A stretch of DNA of 64,000 nucleotides from Tubiluchus corallicola (lineage: Eukaryota > Animalia > Priapulida), in assembly GCA_030141605.1 (NCBI GenBank), contig JAQGDQ010000189.1, forward strand, positions 355,217-419,216, read 5' to 3'. The notes under the pieces are model-generated. The model worked only from the letters and a program-made list of their open reading frames with translations. It did no database searches and had not been told where the DNA came from. The first letter of the stretch is position 1, and every line of letters starts with the position of its first letter. This document shows, in pieces, positions 26,640-38,947 of the stretch. Position numbers and translations under genes: made by a program.

Positions 26640-27665
26640 CACATAAGTAATATGAAATCAGAAAGCAAGCAGCAAAAGACGACTCCTACATAAGTCAACA
26701 ATATGAAATCAGAAAGCAAGCAGCAAAAGACGACCCCTACATAAGTCAACAATATGAAATCAGAAAGCAAGCAGCAAAAGACGACCCCTACATAAGTCAA
26801 CAATATGAAATCAGAATGCAAGCAGCAAAGGACGACCCCACATAAGTCAACAATATGAAATCAGAATGCAAGCAGCAAAGGACGACCCCACATAAGTCAA
26901 CAATATGAATTCAGGATGCAAGCAGCAAAGGACGACCCCACATAAGTCAACAATATGAAATCAGAATGCAAGCAGGGAAAGATGTCCCTTAGAGGGACAG
27001 CAAAACTTCTGTAAGTCAAAAGTATGGAATCAACGAAGGATGCTCCTATAGGACACAGCAGAACTTGTAAATCAACAATAGAAAAATGGAATTCAAACAG
27101 CAAAGGACGACAACTACGGGAAACAACAGAATTTTTCAAGTCAACAATAGCAAATCAGAATGCAAGCAGCAAAGACAACCCCTACAAGAAACAGCAGAAG
27201 TTTTGTAAGTCAACAATAGCAAATCAGAATGCAAGCAGCAAAGAACAACTTCTACAAGAAACAGCAGAAGTTTTGTAAGTCAACAATAGCAAATCAGAAT
27301 GCAAGCAGCAAAGAACAACCCCTACAGGAAACAGCAGAAGTTTTGTAAGTCAACAATAGCAAATCAGTATGCAAGCAGCAAAGAACAACCCCTACAGGAA
27401 ACAGCAGAAGTTTTGTAAGTCAACAATAGCAAATGAAAATGCAAGCAGCAAAGGACGACCCCTTACAGGAAACAGCAGAAGTTCTGTAAGTCAACAATAG
27501 CAAATCGAAATGCAAGCAGCAAAGGACGACCCGTACAGGAAATAGCAGAAGTTTTGTAAGTCAACAATAGCAAATCAGAATGCAAGCAGCAAAGGACGAC
27601 CCCGTACAGGAAACAGCAGAAGTTTTGTAAGTCAACAATAGCAAATCAAAATTCAAGCAGCAAAG
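26640..27665. repeat. Composite minisatellite (50/51-bp then about 70-bp related units)
   Basis: taagtcaacaata..aaatcagaatgcaagcagcaaag core in both unit types. Confidence 0.93.
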
Positions 27666-28090
27666 CCACTGCACACTGTATACTCAGTGCCATATATCAA
27701 TCCATCGCCACGGAATGATTAATCAGATTAATAAAAGTTTTATCGTAATGGATACCGCGGCGCCAAATTTCTCCATTAGTCTGGCTCTAAACGACATGCA
27801 TAGTTCGTCAAAACGATCGCGAGGTGGCGCGTTAACAATCAGTGACGACAACATCAATGCACCTATTAAAACTGTTAAAGATGTCGCTATAGTGTATTTG
27901 GTATAATCACAGTTAAGGAGATATACTTAAATTTTATCTCTGATTAAGTACAGTTGTGATTGAAATGGCTAAAAAGCCCGATGCATAGAAGCCAATTTGC
28001 AGACAACTTTCATACTGCACATGCTGAAATAAATATTTAGTTGTAGCTGTTGCTGTTGCTGTTGCTACTGCCATTGCTGCTGCCGCTTAA

Positions 28091-28693
28091 AGGAAGACAG
28101 GATGATTTCTCATATGCTACCCCATTTTCAAGCCCATTTTTACGGTAACTTTAACACAATTAATACTGCAAAAGTGTTTTTGATGATTAAATAATCGATT
28201 AAAAACTTCATTAACAGCGGGTGAGTCAAACTATTGATGACGTCACAAACTAACGTAATTTTCAACAACAAAAACATTCACGGGCGTGTTGCACATGTTT
28301 GCAAAAACGAAAATTGAAGTACAGTGCTACTGTAAGACATTCAATGTGTTGTACTAAAACTAGGCAAGTTTCAAGATAAAAATTCACATTTAAAATCTAC
28401 CGCTGTGCTTATGCATGAGCTGTCGAACGTGTGTAGTTCGTCACAGACTAACACATTTGGACTCAGAGGTACAGCACCTGTTTTTTGTGCAACGTTTTCC
28501 GAAATGCCCATCTAACAAGCGAAAGGTGAAATGCATGTAACAGCGAAGAACTAGTGGCGTGAACGTGAAGTTGTGTTTGTGTGGTAATAATTCTTTCGGG
28601 TAAGTCCTTTTTGAAGAAATAGTACGTTTCCTTTCAATATTTTAAAAAATGGATTGTTCTAAACTACAGTTCAAGATTTTGTCCGGTTTTGCT
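28091..28693 (+). mobile_element. Family A non-autonomous TIR element (Kolobok-like), full length
   Basis: TTAA on both flanks; imperfect TIR AGGAAGACAGGA / TCCGGTTTTGCT; about 600 bp; about 10 copies in the window. Confidence 0.85.
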
Positions 28694-29945
28694 TTAAACA
28701 TTTACAATATCCAGTTTTCTCAGCAATGCATATCAGATATCAATAAAATTATTTGAGCCAACCAACCGTCTCTGCTGCCTATAACTAACTGAGACAACGG
28801 TTCGAGCCAACTGTTTCAAGGTCAAAATGAAGACTAAATGTCACTAAAAGGTCACTAATGTCTTTCGCATTAATTCTGGAAATTTACAACGTTATCGCTC
28901 GCAGAATAGCCAACAAAACGGTCAACAAGCTTGACCTTTTTTCATCCAAGGTCATTGGAATAGTAGCCCAGTTGCAGACACACCTAGGCCTGTGCCTTTA
29001 AATAAATCTAACCTTGCTGCATATTCAACTTATTTCATAAAAAAATTAGAATGACGTTGTGCTTTGTGTTTGATTTAGTAGGCTCATCAGTTTAGTTAAT
29101 CAAGAAACATAAAAAAGAATAAAGAAGAAAAAAACGCGTCAGTAGCGATGATAACAGTGACAACAAAACAGTGTAGTATCAAAGTGAATGGAGGCAAAAA
29201 TCGGAACGCAAATGCCTAAACTTTCGGGTCATCCTGTAGTTCTGTTTCTTGTTGTGATGGTCCTACTACACTGTTTGTAAACACTACTATATTGGGAAAG
29301 AGAGCTGACAGTTAAGAAATAACAACTCGTATTTGTTTATGCATTCAGTGTGTAGACGCTGATGCCAGGCTAATATTGTTCAGGTTTCAGAGTTGGCAAA
29401 CTGTCTGTGAAATTTCAAATCAAATCAAACCGTCCACAAGAATCAACAGACATTGGTACAGCATGTACTCTTAAACTGTTATCACTGTACGCGATAAATT
29501 ATAGTAATATTGCAAATTTATTTGACGGAGAATAAATGTCGCTTAGAAATTTCATTTACGACTGTATGCATAGATTTTTGAATTAAATAGTATAGCTTTG
29601 TTAGCGGACATATAACCGCATCACTGTGATTATCATATAGGTAAAATATTTGTTTATCACATGCATACAAATGCTTAGTAAATAGTTTTTTCGCTTCATA
29701 GAGTTCACAACTAAATTTGTATATACTGTGTATACCTTGTGCAGCTATGTTGAGTCAAATTGTTAGTATGATCTGGAAATCATTACCCGAGCTCCGCCCG
29801 CTGATAAAACCATCGGGTATGCGTCGAGTTTGTAATTCTCATGTTGAAAATTTGATTTTCAGAAATGAAATATCTATCTATCTCTAAACGTTGTACAGCA
29901 TGGAAGACGTGTTGTGTACTGCCGTGTACATTTGCTATAGCTTAA

Positions 29946-30586
29946 AGTACAAGAAAACCCTCTACTTACATAAAGCTTTAAAATTTCGTAGTGAAGTTTT
30001 ATGCCACTTACATACTGCCTTTTGCATACAGGGCTTGCGTCGACAGTTACGTTGTAAGCTCCCGCGATGATCGTTAAATGCAGCCATTTTGGTAAGTCAT
30101 TTGAAACAAGTTTAGATAACACTGAGTAAAGTTTGAAAAAATAATCAGAGCATTCGTATCACACACGTCACTGACTAAGTAAAATTTTAAATTACCGTAT
30201 CATGTCAATAAGATTAAAAATACGCTTTTGGTGGTGCACCCTAGCGGTTAGTCAACGACATTTTACCATTTGGTGAAAACAGTTTAAACAATTAATAATT
30301 TTCTTTTCTAATTACATAAGTCTTTTCAGCAGGTAAGCGGAATGCTAAGTAATATTACAACTTTTCATGGAAAGTTTTTTGGGACATAATTTAACATTTC
30401 CTTTTCTATCCCCGACTTACGTTGTGTAATGGCGCCGTCGGAACAGTATTGCGGGAGATTTAAAATGAAAACAAACAAAAAATCTTTTCTAAGCGATAAT
30501 GATATACGCACAAAATTGCTATAAAGTAATATAAATTTTAAGACGATTTTTTTGAAACCTACTTCAGGTGCCTCTTCTCTTGTCCT
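29946..30586 (-). mobile_element. Family B non-autonomous TIR element (Kolobok-like)
   Basis: TTAA-AGTACAAGAAAA...TTCTCTTGTCCT-TTTA termini; homologous to the 6762 and 57310 copies. Confidence 0.8.
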
Positions 30587-31521
30587 TTTAAAATGCTCGA
30601 GTTCTATTTTAGTGGGTGCGAATGACTGACAACTTTCTAGAGTTCTATGACCTGCTTGTAGATAAGGCTATTTATTAACAACAAATTTCTTTCTGCCTGC
30701 ATATTTTCGTAGTGGGTGTATAAAAGCAGGCAAGGATTTTCTTAAATATGCTCTACGTGTTTACTGTTTTCTAAAAGACATTACTAAGTGCACTTCAAGG
30801 TTTCAACAACTTCTTACGGCATTTAGATAACAATTGAGAGCTGCAAAATGTATAATGCTACTTACTGGTCACGTGACGTCGTCAGGAAACTTCGTTAAAA
30901 ATGTGCAAATTTACGGAAAAAACTTTCAACTTCGAAAATATTATAAATTATTAGATTGGATTAGATTAGACTAGATTAGATTAGATTAGATTAGATTAGA
31001 TAGTTTATTTTCACAACACATCACATATTTTCAGCATATAAAACATCTTTTTTCATAATGTTCAAAAGCAATGATGAATGTTGTGGGGAGAAGGGAGGAG
31101 CCTAGCTTTCAATCCTTTCGCACAAGTGTGGAGGTAGACGCCTCGTTAATAATATCAACGTCATCATCACTGCTGGCGTCATCACCACCAACACTCACAA
31201 TCTCATCTGATTTTCAAAACACAGCTAAACACACTACAGTGCAGACAGAATGTACAGTGTTCTAAACTTACTAGTTTGCACTTATTCGCTCGTTCTAACC
31301 GCTTGGAAACGTGGAAATTTCCTGTTCACTAACAAGATTTTACTTGGCTTCACAACGTACAGTGGACCAATTAATAGTTGTAGTGATTCATTGGGTAACA
31401 GTATGCTTCTATGCCACGCGTTTGTACCTATACCGTGTTTATAGCAACGGGTCAGCTGACACTTGAAAACTGGACACAATTTGAATTTTTATACGACAAA
31501 AGTAAGTTACAAAACAATCGT

Positions 31522-31660
31522 TGGTTTGTGCTTGTGGTAACGCGTTCGCTTTCCGTCTGGGAGGTAGAGAGTTCAATACTGCGGTCGGTCATACAAAAGA
31601 CTTTAAAAATGGTACCTGCTGTTGCCCTGCCTGGTACTCAGGGTAAAGTGGGGCGATAAT
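31522..31660 (+). mobile_element. tRNA-derived SINE remnant
   Basis: Degenerate A box (gtggtaacgcg) and B box (agttcaatact), followed by ggtcatacaaaagactttaaaaatggtacctgctg, a body motif common in invertebrate SINEs. Confidence 0.65.
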
Positions 31661-32059
31661 AGTCTCCGTTATGCAGTTTTAGATTATTTACAATATGTCC
31701 AAAAGTTCTTTGGAGCTTATGTTAATTGCTGATCCAAAAAGCCGACTTTCTACTACTACTACTACTACTACTACTACTATTATTATTATTATTATTACTA
31801 TTATCGTCATCGCTATCGTCATCATCATCATCATTATTATTATTATTATAAATATCCATGATCACACTTATTCTAGTCAGAGATACTTATGTTCATAAAA
31901 TATTCCGGCGAAGGAACCGAAAAACTAATAATTTCCTAACATAAAGCCTAGCATAAATTATAATATGATATGCATGATATTAATGTCGAGCAGCGGTCAA
32001 GATGTAATTGCAACTACCGTCCACGACCAGCTCAGGACGAAGAGGGATATTGTAGAAAA

Positions 32060-32580
32060 GTACTATGTAGCTTAGTCGGTTAAAACCAATCTCATATTCA
32101 ATCTCAGCTAGGGGTGTCAATGTCAAAGATTTTCTTTATTACTTCATGCCAATTGTTGATCATACCAACTGTATTTTTGTACAACTCTGAGCTCTGGACA
32201 TTAAAACCAAATCATAAAGCTGAAATCGATGCGTTTTAAAGGCAAAATTACAGAAACGTATTGGGTATTAGATGGCCAAAGAAAATTTCAAACAAACATC
32301 TATATGAAAAAATACAAGAAGAACATTGGACAAGAAAGTAAAAAGATGCCGTTTAAGATGGATCGGGTGTATGCTTAGACTACATGAAGACGTTCCAGTG
32401 AAGATAGCTCTTCAACAAGCCATACAACCAGCTAAAAAACCTGCAGGAAAACAAATGTTGACATATTTAGATTTTGCACAGAAAGATTTAAACACTTCAG
32501 CATTGATCCACTTGGGGCATTGCAGCGAGCAGGGAGTCCTGGCATGGGGAGGTGAACAGAATCATGTCCTCATGATTCAC
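32060..32580 (+). mobile_element. RTE LINE ORF2 fragment
   Basis: ELWTL...IDAF...NVLGIRWPKKISN..LY / RRLRWIG.MLRL.E..PVKIAL with frameshifts. Confidence 0.8.
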
Positions 32581-32870
32581 TGGATGATCATTATGTTGAA
32601 GATTTTGACGTACAGTTGTTTACAATTTACAAATCGTGGGAGCTTCTTGTTTGTTGAATTATTAGTACCAAACTTTATCAGTGATACCAGCTTTTATAGC
32701 AGACGATGATAATGATGGTGACAATATAGATGATAAGACGACAGTGATAATGATGTGACCTGATGATGATGACGACGACGACCATACTACCAATCATGAT
32801 TATGATGCTTAGATGCTAACTATGACTACAATTATTAATGATGAACATGACTGTTGTAAGAGGAACTTAC

Positions 32871-33368
32871 CGATTTAGAAAAGGGAGGGGCATTAAGGAC
32901 TATCCCTTCCTTCGCCAGTTTATCCCTCAGCAACATTTTTAATTTTAGCTTTGGTATCCTAGTTTTACCACCTTCCCGGTCGGAGAGTTCCGTGTCGGAT
33001 TCACTCACACTGTTTCCACGTGCCCGGAACACACCCGGAAGTAAAGGTACCCCTCTCCATCCCCAGACCGAATCCTCATAATCGTAATATTGCACAGGAA
33101 ACACTTGACGTCTGAGTTCATCCTCCCGGATATGATCACCTTTTTCCAGAGAGAAGTAAACGTGAGCGGCTCCCAACTCTTTCAATTTCTTCACGGCGTT
33201 TAACATTGCCATTCGGTCAGTTTCATCCGAGACGCCAATTGCGTCCAAATCCGGATCAGAGATGAGTTTACAGATCTCCAATTCGTCATATCCGTTTTCG
33301 ATAAACGGCTGGCTGTACTGGTCAAGTCCTAGAGATTTGAGCCACTCGTCCACAATGTTACGAGGCAT
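32871..33368 (-). CDS. SAMD5: SAM-domain protein, SAMD5 / Drosophila SKIP-like; first coding exon
   Basis: MPRNIVDEWLKSLGL.QY...F.ENGYDELEICK.I.DPDLDAIGV and PKLKLKMLLRDKL..EGI.L..PPFS match SAMD5 exon 1; ends at donor TCG/gtaagt in phase 0. Confidence 0.9.
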
Positions 33369-34260
33369 GATCGCTGTCTCTGATCAAAACGACTTCCATT
33401 CAAGAATCAGATTGAAAAACAGCTGCGCTCAAAACTTTTAACTTGCGTCATTTCATCATGTCGTGACGGAAACCGAATTGCTTAACATCATAATGAGCTC
33501 ATGAACAATTTAATGATTAATCCTGCCGACGCACGTCATGTACTAACACGTTACATTTCAAAATCGTAATGGATTTTGCCATGCAGGAATTAATTGGGCC
33601 TATTATTATTGTGCACACTCTTTTTGTACTGGACTTTGGTAATTCACGTTATCTTAAAAACAGTAAACTTGGAGAAGCTGGCATATTTAGGTCCACTGAC
33701 AATCAGTATTGGTATAGCAGTGTTTGCACGCGAAGATGAATATTTTTAACTCACAGTAAGCTCACCGAAGCAAACTAAACACGGGCGACATTTAATCACC
33801 ACCACCAGCATCCGTCTGCATCAGTAAATGAACGCAACTTGATAAACCGCGCGCTGACTGAGCACGAGTTCTAGCGATGACGTCACCGGGGAACACGCGC
33901 GAGGCACAACACTCATTAAGAGAATTCCCCTGGCCTCGTTTCTGTGAGATAATTACGCCTAGAGTAGAATTACAGAAATACTCTGCAGACGTTTTCTCAT
34001 TTTTAGTAGACGCGGTAGGGCATTGACAAGTATCGATTGACCTCAGACAGACTACAGGTGTATTGACAATCATGGCTAGACTATTCGCGTTAAGTAAATA
34101 ATTACATACTGCCGAAGAGTTCCTAATTAAGGTGCACTGCCATAATCGCATTAAATTGTTTATCTGCGCAGCGTCCTCGCCGATGAAGCCAAAATGTTCG
34201 CCTTCGTTAGTCCCTAATTTAGTGGACAGGCAGATGATCTAATTGTCAAGCAATTATAGT
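33369..34260 (-). promoter_or_regulatory. Putative 5'UTR/promoter region of the SAMD5-like gene
   Basis: Repeat-free, CpG-richer stretch upstream of the ATG with a TGACGTCA (CRE) at about 33878 and many TAAT/TAATTA motifs. Confidence 0.4.
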
Positions 34261-34624
34261 AGTCAACGTCAATTTTAGTCGATTCGTTTGTATACAGTTT
34301 GCTATTTATTGTGAGTAATAAACCTCAATAAATATTAAAACTTCGTTTTTGCAAATATTGCAGTAATAAAGCAAGATTCAAGAACAACTGACTAAATAGG
34401 ACTAAATGGTTGACTATTCAAAAGCGGGTACAGTCTGGCTTCACTTTTTAATTTTCACGGCTAAAGAACAATTTTGTTTCTCATCTTATCGTTTGGTGAA
34501 AAATATCAGCAACTAGAAATCTACAATGTTTACAGGAGGTGTTTTACCGTTCTGTTTGCTATTCATTCATTTCATTAAGCCCGAAAGCCCCACTGAGCTG
34601 TAGTAAACTTCGATGACAGCATGC

Positions 34625-34643
34625 TGCTGCCATCTAGTGGCGG
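34625..34643 (-). promoter_or_regulatory. CTCF-type binding motif between ARID1 and the SAMD5-like gene
   Basis: CCGCCACTAGATGGCAGCA matches the bilaterian CTCF core consensus. Confidence 0.55.
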
Positions 34644-34819
34644 CTTATTGTATATTTAAACAAATGTGTGTAACGAGAACTGGGTGCAATGAGACGCATT
34701 GCACAGTAATTATTAGTGCTGACTAAATCTCTTTTCGCACACAAGTACCGCACATCGTGTTGATGTTATATAGCCTTTCACAAAAAATAGGCTGGTGATT
34801 TGAATTGTAACTTCAGATG

Positions 34820-35262
34820 CCTTGACGTGTGCATGTGCTGCACTCTGGCCTTAACGTATACATGTGCTGCATTATGGCCTTAATGTGCTACACTCTGGTT
34901 TTAACGTGTACAATTGCTGCACTCTGGCCTTAATGCATATATGTGCTACACTCTGGTTTTAACGTGTACAATTGCTGCACTCTGGCCTTAATGCATACAT
35001 GTGCTACACTCTGGTTTTAACGTGTACAATTGCTGCACTCTGGCCTTAATGCATACATGTGCTACACTCTGGTTTTAACGTGTACAATTGCTGCACTCTG
35101 GCCTTAATGCATACATGTGCTACACTGGTTTTAACGTGTACAATTGCTGCACTCTGGCCTTAATGCATACATGTGCTACACTCTGGTTTTAACGTGTACA
35201 ATTGCTGCACTATGGTCTTAACGTGTACATGTGCTACACTACGGCCTTAACGTGTACATGCT
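34820..35262. repeat. About 59-bp minisatellite (dimer of about 30-bp subunits)
   Basis: gtgctacactctggttttaacgtgtacaattgctgcactctggccttaatgcatacat. Confidence 0.92.
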
Positions 35263-35478
35263 GTACCGATGGGACAGTTGTTTGGTGTTTGTGAAAAGTC
35301 GTGACCCTGAAATGTACTGTTCTGTGACTTCATGTGGGTTGGTTTGTCGTTTTAAATGCATGTTGTTGTCTACTTTCTGTTGTTAGAGAGAAAAATCAAA
35401 ATTAATTGTTGAAATTTTGCAGCAGACTGGCAAAAGTTCAAATATCAGTTTTTGAAACCTAATCTTCTTAAGACAGAG

Positions 35479-35848
35479 TATGGGTGAGCACCCAACGTTC
35501 AAATCGAATTCGATTCGAATGGTTTTTTTTACTCCAAATTCGATTTGGTTGTAAAATTATAGATTCGAATAATTCAGCACTTTGGCCGCATCAATTTTTA
35601 CAATTAAACAGCGAGCAATTAGCGCAATTTAGCTGCAGTTTCCGTGCAAAATTTTAAATGAACTAATAACGCTTTTACTGCAGAGCAAAATCAAATAATA
35701 TGCAAGATCTTTTTAAGACCATTTTTTTACTAGTGGTTCGAAAATTCGAATTTAATTTGGATTCGAAATACTGAAATTTTGTTCGATTTGAATTCGAAAG
35801 TCACAAATTTGATTCTGATTCACTTTGAGGTAGAGAATGCCCACCCTA
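35479..35848 (+). mobile_element. TTCGAA-rich hAT-like MITE
   Basis: TATGGGTGAGCA...TGCCCACCCTA termini; shares ttttactgcagagcaaaatc core with the 58887 copy. Confidence 0.72.
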
Positions 35849-37204
35849 CTAGACAGGCCACCAGTCAAAAAAACCACAGAAAATAATTCACTTCTTGTGC
35901 TGGAGATTGAATACAAAAAAACACAACAGAACGATATTAGACGCCATTTTATACATAACATGTATTATTATGATTATCCATTTTTACTAACACTTTCGAA
36001 ATTAAGTTTACAAAACAAAAAAGTAGCGAACATTTGTATAACATGAAATTTTATGTACATTTATTACCTTAACATCGTAATAGACAAATAATGACGATAT
36101 AGTTTTCGTATAACATGCACAAGTTAAGCCAGTTTGACAATTATACCAAATGTTATTATTACCACTGTAAAAGACTAGGGCTAATAAAGCTACACATACA
36201 TACATACATACATAAGGAGTATATAATATATATATATTCACTATTTCATATAATTACATAATAATTTTCAGTAACTGTATTGAACATTCTGCCGTAGAAG
36301 TGCCACTCCTACTAAAAGACTGTGGAATGCTCAGATATAATCAAAGGCTCAATTTAGAGCTGTCTAACAAGGTTTTCTGAATCAGTAGCCGAACAACCAA
36401 AAATCAAGGATCAGTTTGCCATAAATGTTCCAAAACACGAACTCAAATTTAAGCGAACTAAAACAGCGGGAATAAACCAAGTAAAAATGTATCTTACAGA
36501 TAACTAAGAAACAAGAAGTATTACGACGGTATAAATCAGGATGTGTGCAATTCGGCAGGTACTGAATGTACTCTCTTCTAGTCTCTTTTATACATATATT
36601 AAATTGTACATAAAAACTACATTAATAGACAAATCAGTACCCAAATTCATTACACGGTAGTATCCGGTAAACTGCAGTAAAGGACCCCACTATTACAATA
36701 GTGAACATGCATATATCATTAATAGATAATGTAGATAATAGTAAGTCTATCAAATCACAACAGTAGTACAACAAAGCACTGATATCACAAAGCCCCACGT
36801 CTGGTATTTCAGCCGGTACCGAGTGAACCAGAGAGGATTTGTGACGTCTTTGTACAACAACATCATGTCCGTCTGTTTAGCATGGGAAACTTCCACGGGA
36901 AGTTTGTATATTGTACTAAATATCAAGGCCGGGCAAATTTACAAGGACTATACGATCTAGCAAAGAGCACTTGTCAATCATTGCTACGGTTCTTTGTGTT
37001 AAGTATATAAGTTAAATGCTGCTCGCCAGTAGTATGTTACAAAAGATTTGCAGCAGTCCACGTCCACTCGAGCCCACCACTGTTATATATCACATATTAG
37101 TGTGTCCGTTACGTCACACAGCAGCTTAAGTTTTTTTACACTCGGTTAAGCCAGTTGATCACATTTACAACTGTACAAGCAGTCCGTCCGTCGCAAACCT
37201 ACTG

Positions 37205-38947
37205 TCACGTCGGCATGTGGGTGATCTCGTACAAGACGTCGGATAGCAGAAGCGCCACCTGTTGGTCAAGTATCTGTGACATCACGAGATGCAGCAGTCT
37301 CTGCTGGTGCTTGACGAACAACGCTTTGTTGTCTGGAATATGCGACAATTGTACGAGCGTGTTCGCAGTCCGTCGCAACATGTCCAGACTTGTGCCCATG
37401 TATTCCGGATTGTCGCGTAGCGCGTTTATGCCGTGAGAGTTCGCAATCTGCAGCGCGTTCACTTCGAACTCTTCCAGAAAGTTGATCAGAGAGGGAATCG
37501 TACTATTCTGACATGCGATGGCACGCGCAGCAGGCGAGTCACTCTGCACTAGGTTGCTTAGCAACACCACCGACATCTCGCGCATCACCTGATCTTTCGT
37601 TTTCGCCAAGTTCGAAGACAGGAAACCAAAGAAGTCTTCTAATCTTGAAAATGGCGGCGTAGCCAAGAGCAAGTCGACATTTCGTTCCTGGATGCTCAGC
37701 TTGCTCAGTGTTTCTAACGCTAGACGCTGCGGCGAGAGAACAGAGTTGGCTGACATTTGAGGCAGTGGATCTTGCGAGTACGATGAAGGACACACGGCCA
37801 AGTGGAGCAAACCATTCAAGATGGGGAGCACGATCTCTTCCGGATGCCACATCAAATGCAATTTACCGGCTAGATTGGAAAATACTACCAGTGCATGTTC
37901 TCGGAGAATGTCTAAACAATCCCAGAACCACTCTGGGTCGGGCTCTAGACTTGTGCAGTACTGAGACAATTCTTCGTCCTCATCCCTTTCAAAATTGTGC
38001 TGTTTCGATGCGCGCTTGCCGTGCCGATGATGTATGGTCAAAAATCTACCTAAAATGTACAATAATCCCGGATGTTTCGACATTTCCGTGTCATTGTCTG
38101 GTATAAAGGAAAGGCTGCGGAAGATGTTCGCGATACACACACAGCGTCTCGCCGCGTGTTCCTGACCATCCGTCACGTTTAATAGTGACGGTAAATCCGG
38201 CCGATATGATTCGTCTTCTAATTTTTTGCACTGAACCGGAAGCCCAGAAGTAACTGCTTCATCACATTCACCGTTATCCTCGGTCATTTTATGTTTAAAC
38301 GAATTTGTTTCCTCTTTTCCTTCTACTTTTACGTTATTTTTAACAGGTGACTCACAGAGTTTCTCTACATCGTCTATCGTGTCGTTTTGTAGACTTGTAT
38401 CTGCTACGGTGTTTTTTGTGCGTTCGTTTGTGTTAGCTTTGTTACCTTCGTCGTTCTTTGCACAGCAGTTCTGCACTTCACTTTTCACACCAGATTTTTT
38501 ACTATCGGAGTCCGCACAGTTTGATTTGTTCACTTTTCTGCACTTTCGTCGTTCTAACGACGGATCCGGAGACGCACACGTTTCCTCCGCACCGACGATG
38601 ACCGTCTCTTCGCTCGTATTCAGTTTATCTGGCTTCACAATGACCTTCCGCCGTTTTGGCATGAAGCCATCAAAGTCATAGAAGTCGCTGAGAACGTGAT
38701 ACGACGTGTCTGCTCCGCCGTATAACCAATGCGATTTGCCACTTTCAAAGCCTTCCCAACAGTCCCAGTCTTTGAGATCATCAGTCAGGCATTCTCCGCA
38801 ATCGGGTTCGATCTTTACGACCCGGCCTTGCCTTGTTACTGTTGTGTAGTTCTTGCCCTTAAGTATGGCTTTGCTCTGATCGTCATTTTTCCTATCCACA
38901 ATGTTCTTCTCCAGCTTTGCAACTTTTTCATATCCAACTTCCAAATC
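37205..38947 (-). CDS. ARID1: ARID1 terminal coding exon, BAF250_C / armadillo-like region
   Basis: 1743 nt to TGA; [77 protein letters not shown]. Confidence 0.97.
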   Translation of the reverse strand, partial: DLEVGYEKVAKLEKNIVDRKNDDQSKAILKGKNYTTVTRQGRVVKIEPDCGECLTDDLKDWDCWEGFESGKSHWLYGGADTSYHVLSDFYDFDGFMPKRRKVIVKPDKLNTSEETVIVGAEETCASPDPSLERRKCRKVNKSNCADSDSKKSGVKSEVQNCCAKNDEGNKANTNERTKNTVADTSLQNDTIDDVEKLCESPVKNNVKVEGKEETNSFKHKMTEDNGECDEAVTSGLPVQCKKLEDESYRPDLPSLLNVTDGQEHAARRCVCIANIFRSLSFIPDNDTEMSKHPGLLYILGRFLTIHHRHGKRASKQHNFERDEDEELSQYCTSLEPDPEWFWDCLDILREHALVVFSNLAGKLHLMWHPEEIVLPILNGLLHLAVCPSSYSQDPLPQMSANSVLSPQRLALETLSKLSIQERNVDLLLATPPFSRLEDFFGFLSSNLAKTKDQVMREMSVVLLSNLVQSDSPAARAIACQNSTIPSLINFLEEFEVNALQIANSHGINALRDNPEYMGTSLDMLRRTANTLVQLSHIPDNKALFVKHQQRLLHLVMSQILDQQVALLLSDVLYEITHMPT

